Source: Eledone cirrhosa
Lineage: Eukaryota
DNA: 64,000 nucleotides
Assembly (NCBI GenBank): GCA_964016885.1
Contig: OZ024741.1
Coordinates: 173,972,001-174,036,000, forward strand
Direction: 5' to 3'
Shown: positions 1 to 12,183 of the stretch, piece by piece
Position numbering within the stretch: position 1 is the first letter of the stretch
How the letters are laid out: every line of letters begins with the position of its first letter
Made by a program: the position numbers and the translations under genes
Notes under the pieces: model-generated
Database searches by the model: none
What the model was told of the DNA's origin: nothing
The model's input: only the letters and a program-made list of their open reading frames with translations

Positions 1-1900
1 TACTTTTCCCAGGCACAAAACCAAACGGCATCTCATCTAGTTTGACCCTTTTTCTAATTAGTTGTGCTAATATCCTCTCTGCCACTTTCATAACCTGATC
101 CATCAGTTTTATACCCCTATAATTGCTCCTCTCCAGAGCATCCCCTTTACCTTTGTAGCAATTTATGAGAATACTGCTGCACCAGTCTTTGGGTATGACA
201 CCACCATATATAGCCTGATTGATGATGCGTGCACCCAGTTTAGTGCCTATGTCCCCTGATGCCTTCAGCATCTCAGCAACTATCCCCGATGGTCCAGCAG
301 CCTTACCATTTTTCATTTCCTTAATCGCCTCTTGGACCCTATATTCGTCAATCTCAATAGCTGGTCCTTCTGTCGGATCTACTGAGGGTAATTTCTCTCT
401 CTCCCATTCGTTCTCCACATTCATCAGTCTCTCATAATGACATTTCCAGGCCTCCTTTTTCTGATCATTCGTGACACTAAGTACACCGGCATCATTCCAG
501 ATACATTTATCTCCAACAACATACTGATTTGCATTGACACACTGCCTTGCAATGTGGAACACTGCACGCCTCTGATCTTCGCATCGCAGAACATTGGCAA
601 ACCTCCTACTCTCAGATCCCTGCATGCTAAGTACACCTGACGTCTAGCTTCTCTTTTTGTGGATGTATATCCTTCTCTACTCCCACCCTTTTTCCAAGCC
701 TTCCATGCTAGTCTTTTGTCTCTAATGGCCCTATCTACTGTGCTGTTCCACCACCAGGTCACTCTCTGTCTGGTTGGAGCTCTGCTCCAGCCACAAGTTT
801 CATCAGTAGCCTGCAGTAAGTTGTCACGTAAGAAATTCCAGTTATTATCTATGTCATACGACTCTAAATCATTTTCTTTTTTGTCATACACATCTTGAAG
901 GGCTTTCCTAAATTTGTATTTTAGTGAAAGGTCTTTTAGCTTCCAGACCTTTCTTCTCCACACCTTCCTGTATGTCTCATTCCATCTCTTGCTTACTGAG
1001 ATATCACTAACGACTAACTTATGCTGTGGGGTACATTCTTCCCCAGGGTATGCCTTGGTATTTGACACCATCTGCCTGTCCCGCTGCCTAACTAGTAAGA
1101 AGTCAATCTGGCTTATGTGCTCGCCTGATTTGTAGGTTATTAGGTGGCTGGCAGGTTTCTGGAAGTTAGTGTTGCAAATGGTTAGTGTACTTGCATCACA
1201 AAATTCAAGAAGTCTCACTCCTTCTTCATTTCTTGAGACGTAACCGTGCCCACCATGTACCCCAGTGTAACCATCCTGGAGCTGTCCAACATGACCATTA
1301 AAGTCCCCTGCTAGCATAATGATGTCTCCATCCTCTGTCATTGCGGCTGTTTGTAAAAGTTGCTCGTAAAAGCAGTCTTTCTCTTCTTTACCTAGGCCTG
1401 CCTGGGGAGCATAGGCAGAGGTGATTGTCAGTAGTCTTCTGCCTACAACTAATCTAAGCTTAATTATTCGATTATTAACTCGAACTACCTCTATTGTCTT
1501 ATTGATCCATCTCTCAGCCAGGAAAATGCCTAGTCTCCCTAACCCATCATCCTTACCTACCCAGAAAAGCTTATAATTAAGATGTTTGCCTGTGATTAGT
1601 CTCGCAGAGGCACCTCTAAATCTTACCTCTTGCACGCAGCACACATCCATATGCCTTCTCTCCAGCATCTCTGCTATTTCACCAGATCTACGTGCGAGAG
1701 TGCCAACATTAAGTGTGGCAACCCTGAGGTGCGACGTCTTCATATTTTTGTTGTTCTTATATATATTTGTTGCTGTGCTCATAATTGTTTTGGCATTGAT
1801 ACACTGGTTGGATGCCCTTCCTAACACCAGTGCCACTTTACAGCATGGACTAGGTGCTTTTATTCGTGCCACCAGCACTAGAGAGGATGTCTTACTGGAC
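1..1900 (-). mobile_element. RTE-clade LINE, 5' portion (5' UTR, APE endonuclease, start of RT), frameshifted; runs off the window
   Basis: ORF 424..1878 has APE motifs TLNVGTL, CVQEVR, SAYAPQ, GDFNGHVG, SQIDFLL and HKLV; ATG at 1743. After a frameshift near 620 the sequence continues [12 protein letters not shown]...GKAAGPSG...NYRGIKL, homologous to the 6616 ORF. Confidence 0.93.
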
Positions 1901-2382
1901 TCATGGACCCTCTCTACTCCTCCATTTTACAGCATGGTCATAACAAAAAAAAAAAACACCCTTATTGACACTTACGGCACACACACACACACTCACTCAC
2001 ACACCAACACTCATGCATACAAACACACAAACGCCACTCGCACACACACACACACACACATACATATATTACCGTCAGTACTGATACAAGATCATGTCAA
2101 CTGTTGACTTTTACAGTTCAGTATTTTTATAATAATAATAATTGTTTGCTTTACAGCATAGGGCAACGGCCCTCCATGCTCCGGGCCCCAAAACAAGGCA
2201 CCAGCAATACGCTGGGACAATCGCTGCCTCGTGCCAAGAACGGAATAGTTATTACTATTATTATTATTATGGAGGCACATGGCTTAGTGGTTAGAGCATT
2301 GGCCTTGCAATCGAAAGGTTGTGAGTTCAATTCTCAGACCGGGTGATGTGTTGTTTCCTTGAGCAAGACACTTTATTTCACA

Positions 2383-3367
2383 CTAGCAGTAAAGCCCGGT
2401 GTTGCTCGGGGTCGCTCAGTAGCTGTGTTAAAGTTACAATGTTAAGTTTCTTTTTTGGCTTAAAAACTGTAGTGTCTACTGTGCAGACTTGCATGTGGTG
2501 TTTTTGATTAATATTCCCTCAACCAACAATATGCCTTATGAAGTTAAGAAAACATAACGATAACCCGAATGTTATAACAAAAGAGGATGCTGGGGATAGA
2601 AACTGCACTGGTTATTTATTAACAAAGATCGAAAATGTAAACACTGCAACGCAGAGAAAAACATTAGCGTAACCAAATTATCAGTTATGTCTGTCTGCAC
2701 GCCTATATCACCTCTCTGCACGACTGTCTGTCTGCACGCCTATATCACCTCTCTGCACGACTGTCTGTCTGCACGCCTATATCACCTCTCTGCACGACTG
2801 TCTGTCTGCACGCCTATATCACCTCTCTGCACGACTGTCTGTCTGCACGCGTATATCACCTCTCTGCACGACTGTCTGTCTGCACGACTGTCTGTCTGCA
2901 CGCCTAACGACGAAATATTTGCTTGTTTTACGTAGTCTTTAAATAGACTTGTTTTCAAGTAAAAATATTGTTTTAAAATGCTTTTAAATGGAAATGAAGC
3001 AAAACGGAAGCTTAGTGTTCGAACTGATGAATTTTGCAGGTCAATATTTTGCTGGCTCGACAACTGTTCGTGTATTGTGTTAATGTCATTTTAAACGCTG
3101 AGAAAGCCAGCGTAATTTTTTTACGTAAGACGCTCAATGTAAACAGAACAAAGGGAAATAACTGATAACTTACGCTCAAAAATCGATACATTATATTCGA
3201 TTTCGTCACATAGGGTGGGTCAATTTGAAATATTTTTTTCCGATGTCTTCGCTAGGGCTCAATGTACAAGTATAGCAATTTCGGTGCAATTCCGTGAGAG
3301 ATTCTAAGAGGAGATGTGTGCCAAAAATCGATAGACAGACAGACAACCACAGTTTTATATATATAGA
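2383..3367 (-). mobile_element. Non-autonomous Helitron
   Basis: On the minus strand: 5' TC(TATATATAT), 3' hairpin CCCGAGCAACACCGGG, then CTAG. Inserted between A2382 and T3368 of the SINE with no target-site duplication. Confidence 0.88.
2688..2905. repeat. 37-bp minisatellite (~5.5 copies) inside the Helitron
   Basis: Unit CTGTCTGTCTGCACGCCTATATCACCTCTCTGCACGA. Confidence 0.95.
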
Positions 3368-3649
3368 TTGCTCCAGTTTACTCAGCTGTAGAAATGAGAT
3401 GATAGGGACTGGGTCCCTATCATTCCACTGTAAAGTGGTCGTGGAGGTGCCACAGCAAAAAAGCACCCATCCCACACTGTAAAGTAGTCATGGAGGTGCC
3501 ACAGCAAAAAAGCACCCAGCGCTCACTGTAAATGAGGTTGGTGTTAGGAAGGGCATCCAGCTGTAGAAATCAAGCCAGAATCAGTTTCCGTCCCACCCTT
3601 GCAAGCAGAGAAAAAAAGCGGACGTAAAATGAAATGATGATGATGATGA

Positions 3650-3688
<39 letters not shown>

Positions 3689-3729
3689 CAAAACCTAAGT
3701 CAATTGCATGAACTCATAATCCTTTATTT

Positions 3730-3787
3730 ACTGTTATATATATTTCGGTGATAGCCATTGAATGGCTATGACCTCATCAGGCAGTTA
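3730..3787 (-). ncRNA. Minimal type I hammerhead ribozyme motif (Penelope-like pLTR fragment 3685-3843)
   Basis: Minus strand reads actgc CTGATGA ggtcATAGCCA ttcaa TGGCTATcacc GAAA tatata TA acagt, followed by AATAAA. Palindromic stem III as in PLE hammerheads; one mismatch in stem I. Confidence 0.72.
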
Positions 3788-3861
3788 GTCAGTTCTTAGA
3801 TATGCTAGCTCTGTGTTTATAGTGTTGATGGTATCAGAAGCCTTATATATATATATACACA

Positions 3862-6324
3862 CATGGCTTGGAAAAAATTAATTGCAATTAATTGGGCCAA
3901 TTAATTGATTGGGGATCCCCTTCCAATTAAAAAATTGATTGTTTCGGGAAAAATTAATTGCAATTAATTGGAACATGGTTGAACATCATAGCTCTAAACG
4001 TCTTTTATTGAGAGAAAGAAAATTCTTTTTGTTATTCATCCGGTTAACGGTTATACCTCTATAAACCCATGGTACCTTTTTAATTACACACTTATTCCGA
4101 TCTTAATACCATCTGGTTACTAATTCCCTGGCATTATTCTGATTATATTCTTGTCGTTCATTTTCTAAAATCACTGTAGTTTAAAGTCCTTCTCATAACC
4201 GGAACGCGAGACAGAGGGTATGCCTTTCTGCATGTACCTAAAATTATTTGCTTCTCAAAACTGTCGATCCACTACCTTCGCATGTAGGTTTCTGCGATCG
4301 ATCTCCCCGGTGATAACTACTCATTCGCACGCCTCGTTCACAAAAGAATTCCAAAACAACTTCCTTTTTAACGTTCTTATGTAATCACAATCACTAATCT
4401 AGATTTTAAGTACTGAGAAATATTTTTATGATTATATAAATGACCATATCTTCAAATGAACGAATCGTAAAAAGGTATTTCAATAGAATAGACGATGACA
4501 CTGGCTTTTGGAAATGCAAATGCGGAAAAGATTTAAGCCAAAAGAAAGGAACTGGTTGGAGTAATTTGATAAATCATGTCAAAAGCCAACATCCAGAGCA
4601 CTCAAATTTACAGGAAAATAAACAACATACATTATCGAAATTTGTCACAGAAAATTCTTCTAAAAGTGGTACAGTGAGTCGTTCTGCATTAAACATGTAT
4701 GGCTGGATTGAATGGGTATGCGTTAGTTTAAAACCATTTTCTTTTGTCAAAGACCCATTAACTTGAAAGTATACCAATTTGGGCTCTATGACCAATGTTA
4801 CTCTGAAGAAATATATGAGTAAATTCACTTTAGAAGTAGAAAAAAAATATCGAAAGAACTCCCAGGAAAATTCACGCTAGTTATCGATGGCTGGAGTAAG
4901 GGGTCCACGCACTTCGTTGGGCTTTTTGCACCCTACCCTTGGAATGATAAAAAGAGATTCCGGTCAGTTTTGTTATCATTTTCACCACTGATGAACGAAA
5001 CCTCATTCACTGCTTCCGACCACGTGGATTTTATTGAATACACGTTAAGTCTATACGAAAAAAGCTTAGAAAATATTGTTGCGATTATTGGTGATAACGC
5101 TGAAGTCAATAAATCAATAGCGAAACTGTCTGGTATCCCTTTGATTGGTTGTGCTTCTCATAAATTTAACTTAGCAGTTTCTGCTTATTTAGAAAAGGAG
5201 AAAATTTTACTCAATAAAATCAACGAGCTGATGGGAAAATTGAAATCTTTCAAACTTGCGGGCAAATTAAGAAAACAGACAACACTAAAACTTCTTCAAA
5301 GAAATATAACTCGTTGGTCAAGTGCATTTGATATGATTGAAAGGTTTATTCAAATTGAAATTTTTTTGGAATCTTTTAAGGATGACGCTAAACTCATTGA
5401 TTATCGTTTGACACCTCGGGAACGCAAAGATCTCAAAAACCTGGAAGAGAATTTGAGAAAACTGCGTTCAGTTACAGACGCTTTACAACAAGAAGAAATT
5501 GATTTGTGGGATGTTCGAGTTCTCTTCAATGAAATACTCGTCTTTTATCCATATGAAGAATTCAAAAAATACTTGCTGTCTTCGGCTGATATCGTTCATT
5601 GCTCTGATTTAGAGAATGGTATTGTTAAAATACTTCAAAAATCAGAAGAAAAGCTTGATGTGCTAGAAATACACGCTACACAGATTGGAAGGAATTCACT
5701 GAAATATCGAAAAATTCAGACTCTTTAGTGGGAGAGGATGATTTTGCTTCAATTTATCTGAAGAAGTGCAGAGTAAATGCAAATTTATCTAAGAAATATC
5801 CAGATTGTAGATTTATTCTACCGACGTCAAATATAATAGAGCGTTTCTTTAGTTCAGCGGAATACGCTTTTAATGATTTTCGCCAAAACTTATCACCTTT
5901 GAATTTAGAAATGCAATTGTTTCTAAAGGCTAATCGCTCTTACTGGGATGAAGAATTGGTGTCTACAATTTTCAATCAATCATAAATTGCTTTTTATTTG
6001 TAAATAATTGCTTATTCATAGTTTAAATTAAATATTTTGCTAATTTCTCTCTCGAAATTAAAAACCAGAACTTTTTTTTTTCATATTTGGAATTTTTTTC
6101 TCTTTATTTTTGCATCATCGGAATCTCCTATGTTCAAAATATAGAAATCCGAAGAAGTTCCTGACCCCCCCCCCCCCCCCAAAGTAGCAAGAGTACGCTG
6201 CTGCAACAGCAATTAATTGCAATTAGTTGCAATAAGTGATTGGTTAAACAGACAAAATCCAATTAATTGATTGGTAAAATTTTAATTGATTGGGCATCGC
6301 CCAATCAATTATTTACAAGCCCTG
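3862..6324 (+). mobile_element. hAT DNA transposon, full length but decayed
   Basis: Imperfect TIRs CATGGCTTGGAAAAAATTAATTG / rc CAGGGCTTGTAAATAATTGATTG; flanks TATACACA/TACATACA (6 of 8 match, possible TSD); subterminal CAATTAATTG repeats at both ends. Confidence 0.88.
4440..5985 (+). pseudogene. hAT transposase pseudogene (BED finger, DDE, dimerisation domain)
   Basis: WKCKCG...NLINHVKSQH (BED); VIDGWS, IGDNA, CASHKFNLAV, TRWSS, PTSNIIERFFS. Stop at 4764-4766 and frameshifts near 4845 and 5700. Confidence 0.9.
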
Positions 6325-6413
6325 TACATACATACACACACATTCAACACAGACAATGGTGTTGTTGCTGTTGTTGTTGTTGTTGTGTTGAAATCTGGTT
6401 GCATCAACTGAGG

Positions 6414-6515
<102 letters not shown>

Positions 6516-8645
6516 GAAGGTAGCTTGGAAGTGTCACTATGAAAGGCTACTAAATGAGGAGAATAAATGGGAGAAAGACAGTCTCCCCCATATCGACCCG
6601 ATAGAGGGACCAGCAGTGTTAGTCGAGGGGAGTATAATAAGTAAGGCAATCAAGGATATGAAGACGGGTAAGGCGGCTGGGCCTTCGGAAATAGTTGCTG
6701 AGATGCTGAAGGCATCTGGCACGGTGGGACACACCATGGTCACCCGCATAGTTAACCAAGTCGTACAGAATGGGGTTGTTCCGAAGGACTGGCATAGCAG
6801 CATCATCGTTAACTGTTATAAGGGTAAAGGAGACGCCCTAGATAGGAGTAACTATAGAGGCATTAAATTAATCGACCAGGTCATGAAGGTCACGGAAAAA
6901 GTAATAGCGCAACTAATCAGAGAGAGAATTGACCTAGATGAAATGCAGTTCGGGTTTGTGTCAGGCAAAAGCACCACAGACGCCCTTTTCATAGTACGAC
7001 AACTACAGGAGAAGTACCTAGCTAAAGGTAAACCCCTCTACTTAGCTTTTGTCGACCTGGAGAAAGCCTTCGACAGAGTCCCCCGCTCCATTATCTGGTG
7101 GGCTCTTAGAAAACTAGGCGTTGACGAATGGCTTGTGAGGGCTATACAAGCCATGTATAAAGAAACAGTCAGCAAGGTTAGAATTAACAACGAATATAGT
7201 GAAGAGTTTAGCGTAAAAGTTGGCGTCCATCAGGGCTCTGTTCTCAGCCCCCTACTATTTATTATTGCCCTTCAGGCTATAACAGAGGAGTTCAAGACAG
7301 GCTGCCCATGGGAACTCCTATACGCAGACGACCTGACACTCATAGCGGAATCAATGGCCGAGCTAGAGAAGAAATTCCAAACATGGAAGCACGGCCTAGA
7401 GTCAAAAGGACTTAAAATTAACCTGGCTAAGACCAAAGTTCTAGTTTGTAGGAAAGAAAACAAGGCGGCGGTCCCTTCTGGGAAATGGTCGTGCTCGGTG
7501 TGTAGGAAAGGCGTAGGTAGAAACTCCATTTTATGTCCTAAATGCAAAGTATGGGTGCATAAAAGATGTAGTGGGATCACAGGTAAGCTAACTAAGAACA
7601 TAGATTTTACATGTGGCCGGTGTTCTGGTGCAATAAGTAGCAGCAAGTGCCCACAAAATACTAGCTCTTTCAATTGCGCAGAGGGTTCTATAGAAATAGT
7701 GGACAGCTTCCGTTACCTGGGCGATAAAATCAGCAGTGGGGGAGGGTGCTCTGAAAGTACTGTAGCTAGAGTCAGAACTGGTTGGAAAAAGTTCAGAGAG
7801 CTTATACCACTATTAGCTGCTAAAGGGTTCTCCCTAAAAATGAAAGGCAGGTTGTACGATGCCTGCATACGAACAGCAATGTTGCATGGTAGTGAGACCT
7901 GGGCATTGTGTGCAGAGGATATACGCAGACTAGAGAGGAACGAAGCTTGCATGCTCCGCTGGATGTGTAACAGTAATATACGTGAACGGCAAAGCATAAA
8001 CGAACTAAGGAAAAAATTAGAGATAAGAGGGATCAGATGTTGTTTACTCGAGAGAAGGCTGCGTTGGTATGGACACGTGATGCGCATGAAAGTCGATAGC
8101 TGTATAACAAAGTGCAGGGCAATAAAGATAGACGGTAGCCACGGAATAGGCAGACCTAGAAAAACATGGGATGAGCTGATAAACTCCGACCTCACACACT
8201 TACACCTCTCCAAGACAATGTCACTGGACCGAGACCTTTGGCGGTACTCAGTAACAGAGAAGACCCGCCTTGCCAGTAGGCATCTCTAACAAAATACACC
8301 CCGTCCCGCCACCACCCCCACCCCATCCACACCACCCCGTTCTATGTAAAGTTATGTTGGTGCCGCGCCATCCAGGCCGAAACAAATGAGATCGTGTAGG
8401 TGTCACGACAAAAAAACACACAGTCCACGCTGTAATGTGGCCGTGTAGGCAACACGGTAAAAACCTCCCAGACCCACACTGTAAATGTGGTAGGTGTTAG
8501 GAAGGGCATCCAACTGTAGAAAACCTGCCAGGCAGTCCTATGCGAGCATGACGATCACTCTTGCCTCAAGTGGGACTACCCCCGTCCATACCCATGCAAG
8601 CGTGGAACACGGACGTTAAACGTTGATGATGATGATGATGATGAT
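6516..8645 (+). mobile_element. RTE LINE, 5'-truncated, RT ORF 6616-8289 uninterrupted
   Basis: NYRGIKL, QFGF, FVDLEKAFD, GVHQGSVLSPLLF, YADD, FRYLG, RRLRWYGHV, GRPRKTW; 3' UTR ends GGACGTTAAACG+(TGA)n. Confidence 0.95.
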
Positions 8646-8669
8646 ATACACACATATTCAACACAGAGA

Positions 8670-9277
8670 AAGGAGTTTTCGAGTACGGCCACTACTTTAT
8701 ATCCATGTCGGAGAACCCCTACCAATGTGCTGAACGAGTGTGACATTTTAGTCCAGCCAGCGACTTGAAAACTCTGGTACAAACACTACACTTGTGACAA
8801 TTATTGACACATAGTGCTGGGCCCATGGTACCATGTGACGACAAGTGCAGAGAGATCTCAAGATATAAAGCAATGCCTGTGTCGTGAAGCTTTTATAGTG
8901 AGCAAAGGCACTGCACAAAGCCAGTCCCACTCTCTTAACCAAGATGATATTTACCAAAAAGAAGAACAAGTCAACATCATTGGATACCATCAGGGTTGCA
9001 GGTGTTATATCAGAGTTTTCCTTCTCCTAGAATTCTGCCTTGACAAAGGCTAAGGGGTCATCTCTCCCGGTGATTTTGGATGGCCATTGACTCTTAAGAG
9101 CTCCTTTGCCCTTTGACAGGTTTTATTTTTAGTCCTGCAGGATGTCCAAAGTCACCCTCCTCACCAAGAAACCTTGGTGGGGTTGCCAGTTTAGTCGCCA
9201 ACGACCCGACCATGAGACAGGTTGTACTCGGATACATGTTACCAGTAGCACCAACTGGTGACCTGACATATACTAAC
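8670..9277 (-). mobile_element. Unclassified repeat fragment, possibly the 5' UTR of a non-LTR element
   Basis: GC-richer block bounded by a near-identical direct repeat (ATACACACA[T/C]ATTCAACACAGAGA at ~8645 and ~9298); no recognisable ORF. Confidence 0.35.
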
Positions 9278-9750
9278 ATACATACATATATATATATATA
9301 CACACACATTCAACACAGAGATAGGATAGGAGTTTAGCAACAGGTCAGACACCTTAGTGTAGATAGAGTAATGACTTATGTGGTGGGGGTGGCGGTGGGG
9401 AGCGAGTGTAGACTTTGTTGTGGTGGCGGGGGGGGGGGGGGGGGCAGTGAGATGTAATAAGTTCATAGTTCACTTGTCCCTTTTCCTCTCTTTTCAAAAT
9501 TTGAATTTATGGCCATTTTGCAATGGGGAGCAAGTAAATGTAAAATATAAAATTTAAATAGAGATTGCTCTGGAAAAATATGTGGAATATTTCTGTAGCT
9601 TCCACAGCTTTTGTCGGAACATTTCCCCGGAGTCCAATGAGCAAAAAATTTTGTTGTATTTTGATCTTTCAGAATACAAAAATTAATAAAAACTTACCCC
9701 CTCGAAAAACAGTGTGTTGTCCGATCTATGAGCTCCCTATATATATATTT

Positions 9751-11957
9751 ATGTTGGGGAGAAGTGTGTCCTTAATGATGATGGTGTACTTGCCATCACT
9801 GACGCTGATAAAAAGGTAGCTTGGAAGTGTCACTACGAAAGGCTACTAAATGAGGAGAATAAATGGGAGAAAGACAGTCTCCCCCACATCGACCCAATAG
9901 AGGGACCAGCAGTGTTAGTCGAAGGTAGTATAATAAGTAAGGCAATGAAAGATATGAAGACGGGTAAGGCGGCTGGGCTTTCGGAAATAGTTGCTGAAAT
10001 GCTGAAAGCTTCTGGAACGGTGGGACACAACATGGTCACCCGGATAGTAAACCAAGTCATACAGAATGGGGTTGTTCCGAAGGACTGGCGTAGCAGCATC
10101 ATCATTAACTGCTACAAGGGTAAAGGAGATGCCCTAGATAGGAGTAACTATAGAGGCATTAAATTAATCGACCAGGTCATGAAGGTCACAGAAAAAGTAA
10201 TAGTGTAATTAATCAGAGAGAGAATTGATCTAGATGAAATGCAGTTCGGGTTTGTGTCAGGTAAAAGTACCACAGACGCTCTTTTCATTGTACGACAACT
10301 ACAGAAGTACCTAGATAAAAGTAAACCCCTATACTTAGCTTTTGTCGACTTGGAGAAAGCCTTCGACAGAGTCCCCCGTCCATTATCTGGTGGGCTCTTA
10401 GAAAACTAGGTGTTGATGAATGGCTTGTGAGAGCTATACAAGCCATGTATAAAGAAACAGTCAGCAAGGTTAGAATTAACAACGAATATAGTGAAGAGTT
10501 TAGCGTAAAAGTTGGTGTTCATCAGGGCTCCGTTCTTAGCCCCCTACTATTTATTATTGCCCTTCAGGCTATAACAGTGGAGTTCACGACCGGCTGCCCG
10601 TGGGAACTCCTATACGCAGATGATCTAACGCTCATAGCTGAATCAATGGCCGAACTAGAGAAGAAATTCCAAACATGGAAGCATCGCCTAGAATCAAAAG
10701 GCCTTAAAATTAAGCTGTCTAAGAGTAAAGTTCTAGTTTGTAGGAAGTAAAATAGGGCGCCGGTCCCATCCGGGAAATGGCCATGCTCAGTGTGTAGGAA
10801 AGGAGTAGGTAGAAACTCCATTTTATGTCCCAAATGCAAAGTATGGGTGCATAAAAGATGTAGTGGGATCACAGGTAAGCTAACTAAGAACATAGATTTT
10901 ATATGTGGCCGGTGCTCTGGTGCAATAAGTAGCAGCAAGTGCCCAGGGAATACGAGCTCATTCCATTGCACAGATGGTTCTATAGAAATAGTGGACAGCT
11001 TCCGTTACCTGGGTGACAAAATCAGCAGTGGGGGAGGGTGCTCTGAAAGTACAGTAGCTAGAGTCAGAACTGGATGGAAAAAGTTCAGAGAGCTTATACC
11101 ACTATTAGCCGCAAAAGGGTTCTCCCTAAAAATGAAAAGCAGGCTGTATGATGCCTGCATACGAACAGCAATGTTGCATGGCAGTGAGACCTGGGCATTG
11201 TGTGCAGAGGATATACGCAGACTCGAGAGGAACGAAGCTGGCATGCTCCGCTAGATGTGTAATAGTATAATATACGTGAACAGCAAAGCATAAATGAACT
11301 AAGGGAAAAATTAGAAATAAGAGGGATCAGATGTTGTTTACTCGAGAGAAGACTACGTTGGTATGGTCACGTGATGCGCATGAAAGACGACAGCTGTATA
11401 AAAAAGTGCAGGGCAATAAAAATAGACGGTAGCCACGGAGTAGGCAGACCCAGAAAAACCTGGGACGACTTGATAAATTCCGACCTCACACACTTACACC
11501 TCTCCAAGACAATGTCACTGGACCGAGACCTTTGGCACTACACAGTAATAGAGAAGACTTACCTAAGTACAAAGTGAAACCTACTACAGTCAGTAGGCAC
11601 CTCTAACAAAATACACCCCCGTCCCACTACCCCCACCCCATCCACACCACCCCTTTCAATGTAAAGTTATGTTGGTACCACAACATCCAGCCCAAAACAA
11701 ATGAGGTTGTGTAGTTGTCACGACAAAAAAACACACAGTCCACGCTGTAATGTGGCCGTGTAGGTAACACGGTAAAAACCTACCAGTTCCACACTGTAAA
11801 TGTGGTTGGTGTTAGGAAGCCATAGAAAACCCGCCAGACAGTCCTATGCGAGCAAGACAACCACTCTTGCCTCAAGTGGGAAAACTCCTGTCCAAACCCA
11901 TGCAAGCATGGAATATGGACGTTAAACGATGATGATGATGATGATGATGATGATGAT
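9751..11957 (+). mobile_element. RTE LINE, 5'-truncated, inactivated copy of the 6516 subfamily
   Basis: Collinear with 6516-8645; stops at 10206, 10748 and 11252 plus frameshifts; same 3' UTR and (TGA)n tail. Confidence 0.95.
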
Positions 11958-12143
11958 ATCAAAAGTATATATTGAGTGAAAAACTCACAATAGTGCCTTA
12001 TAATTAAAATAACTCAAGGAAAACATTTTCCGAGCCTTATAATACAATAAAAAGAGAAACACAGATATATACACATATGTGTTCAAATCTCAAAGAACGT
12101 AAACCACCAGGGTGTAGAAAATACTGACTAAATATTTACGTCG

Positions 12144-12180
<37 letters not shown>

Positions 12181-12183
<3 letters not shown>

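Larger units (their letters stand above)
2269..3651 (+). mobile_element. tRNA-derived SINE (family A) with RTE-derived tail, split by a Helitron
   Basis: A box TGGCTTAGTGG and B box GAGTTCAATTC. Body 2269-2382 resumes at 3368 and matches the uninterrupted copies at 25965, 29870 and 31777; ends in (TGA)n. Confidence 0.9.

Noticed and set aside
2275-2345. tRNA-like sequence
   Set aside because: SINE head: the acceptor stem does not close and it continues into a repeated SINE body.
7272-8213. Antisense ORFs over RTE copies
   Set aside because: Shadows of the RT reading frame with no independent motifs.
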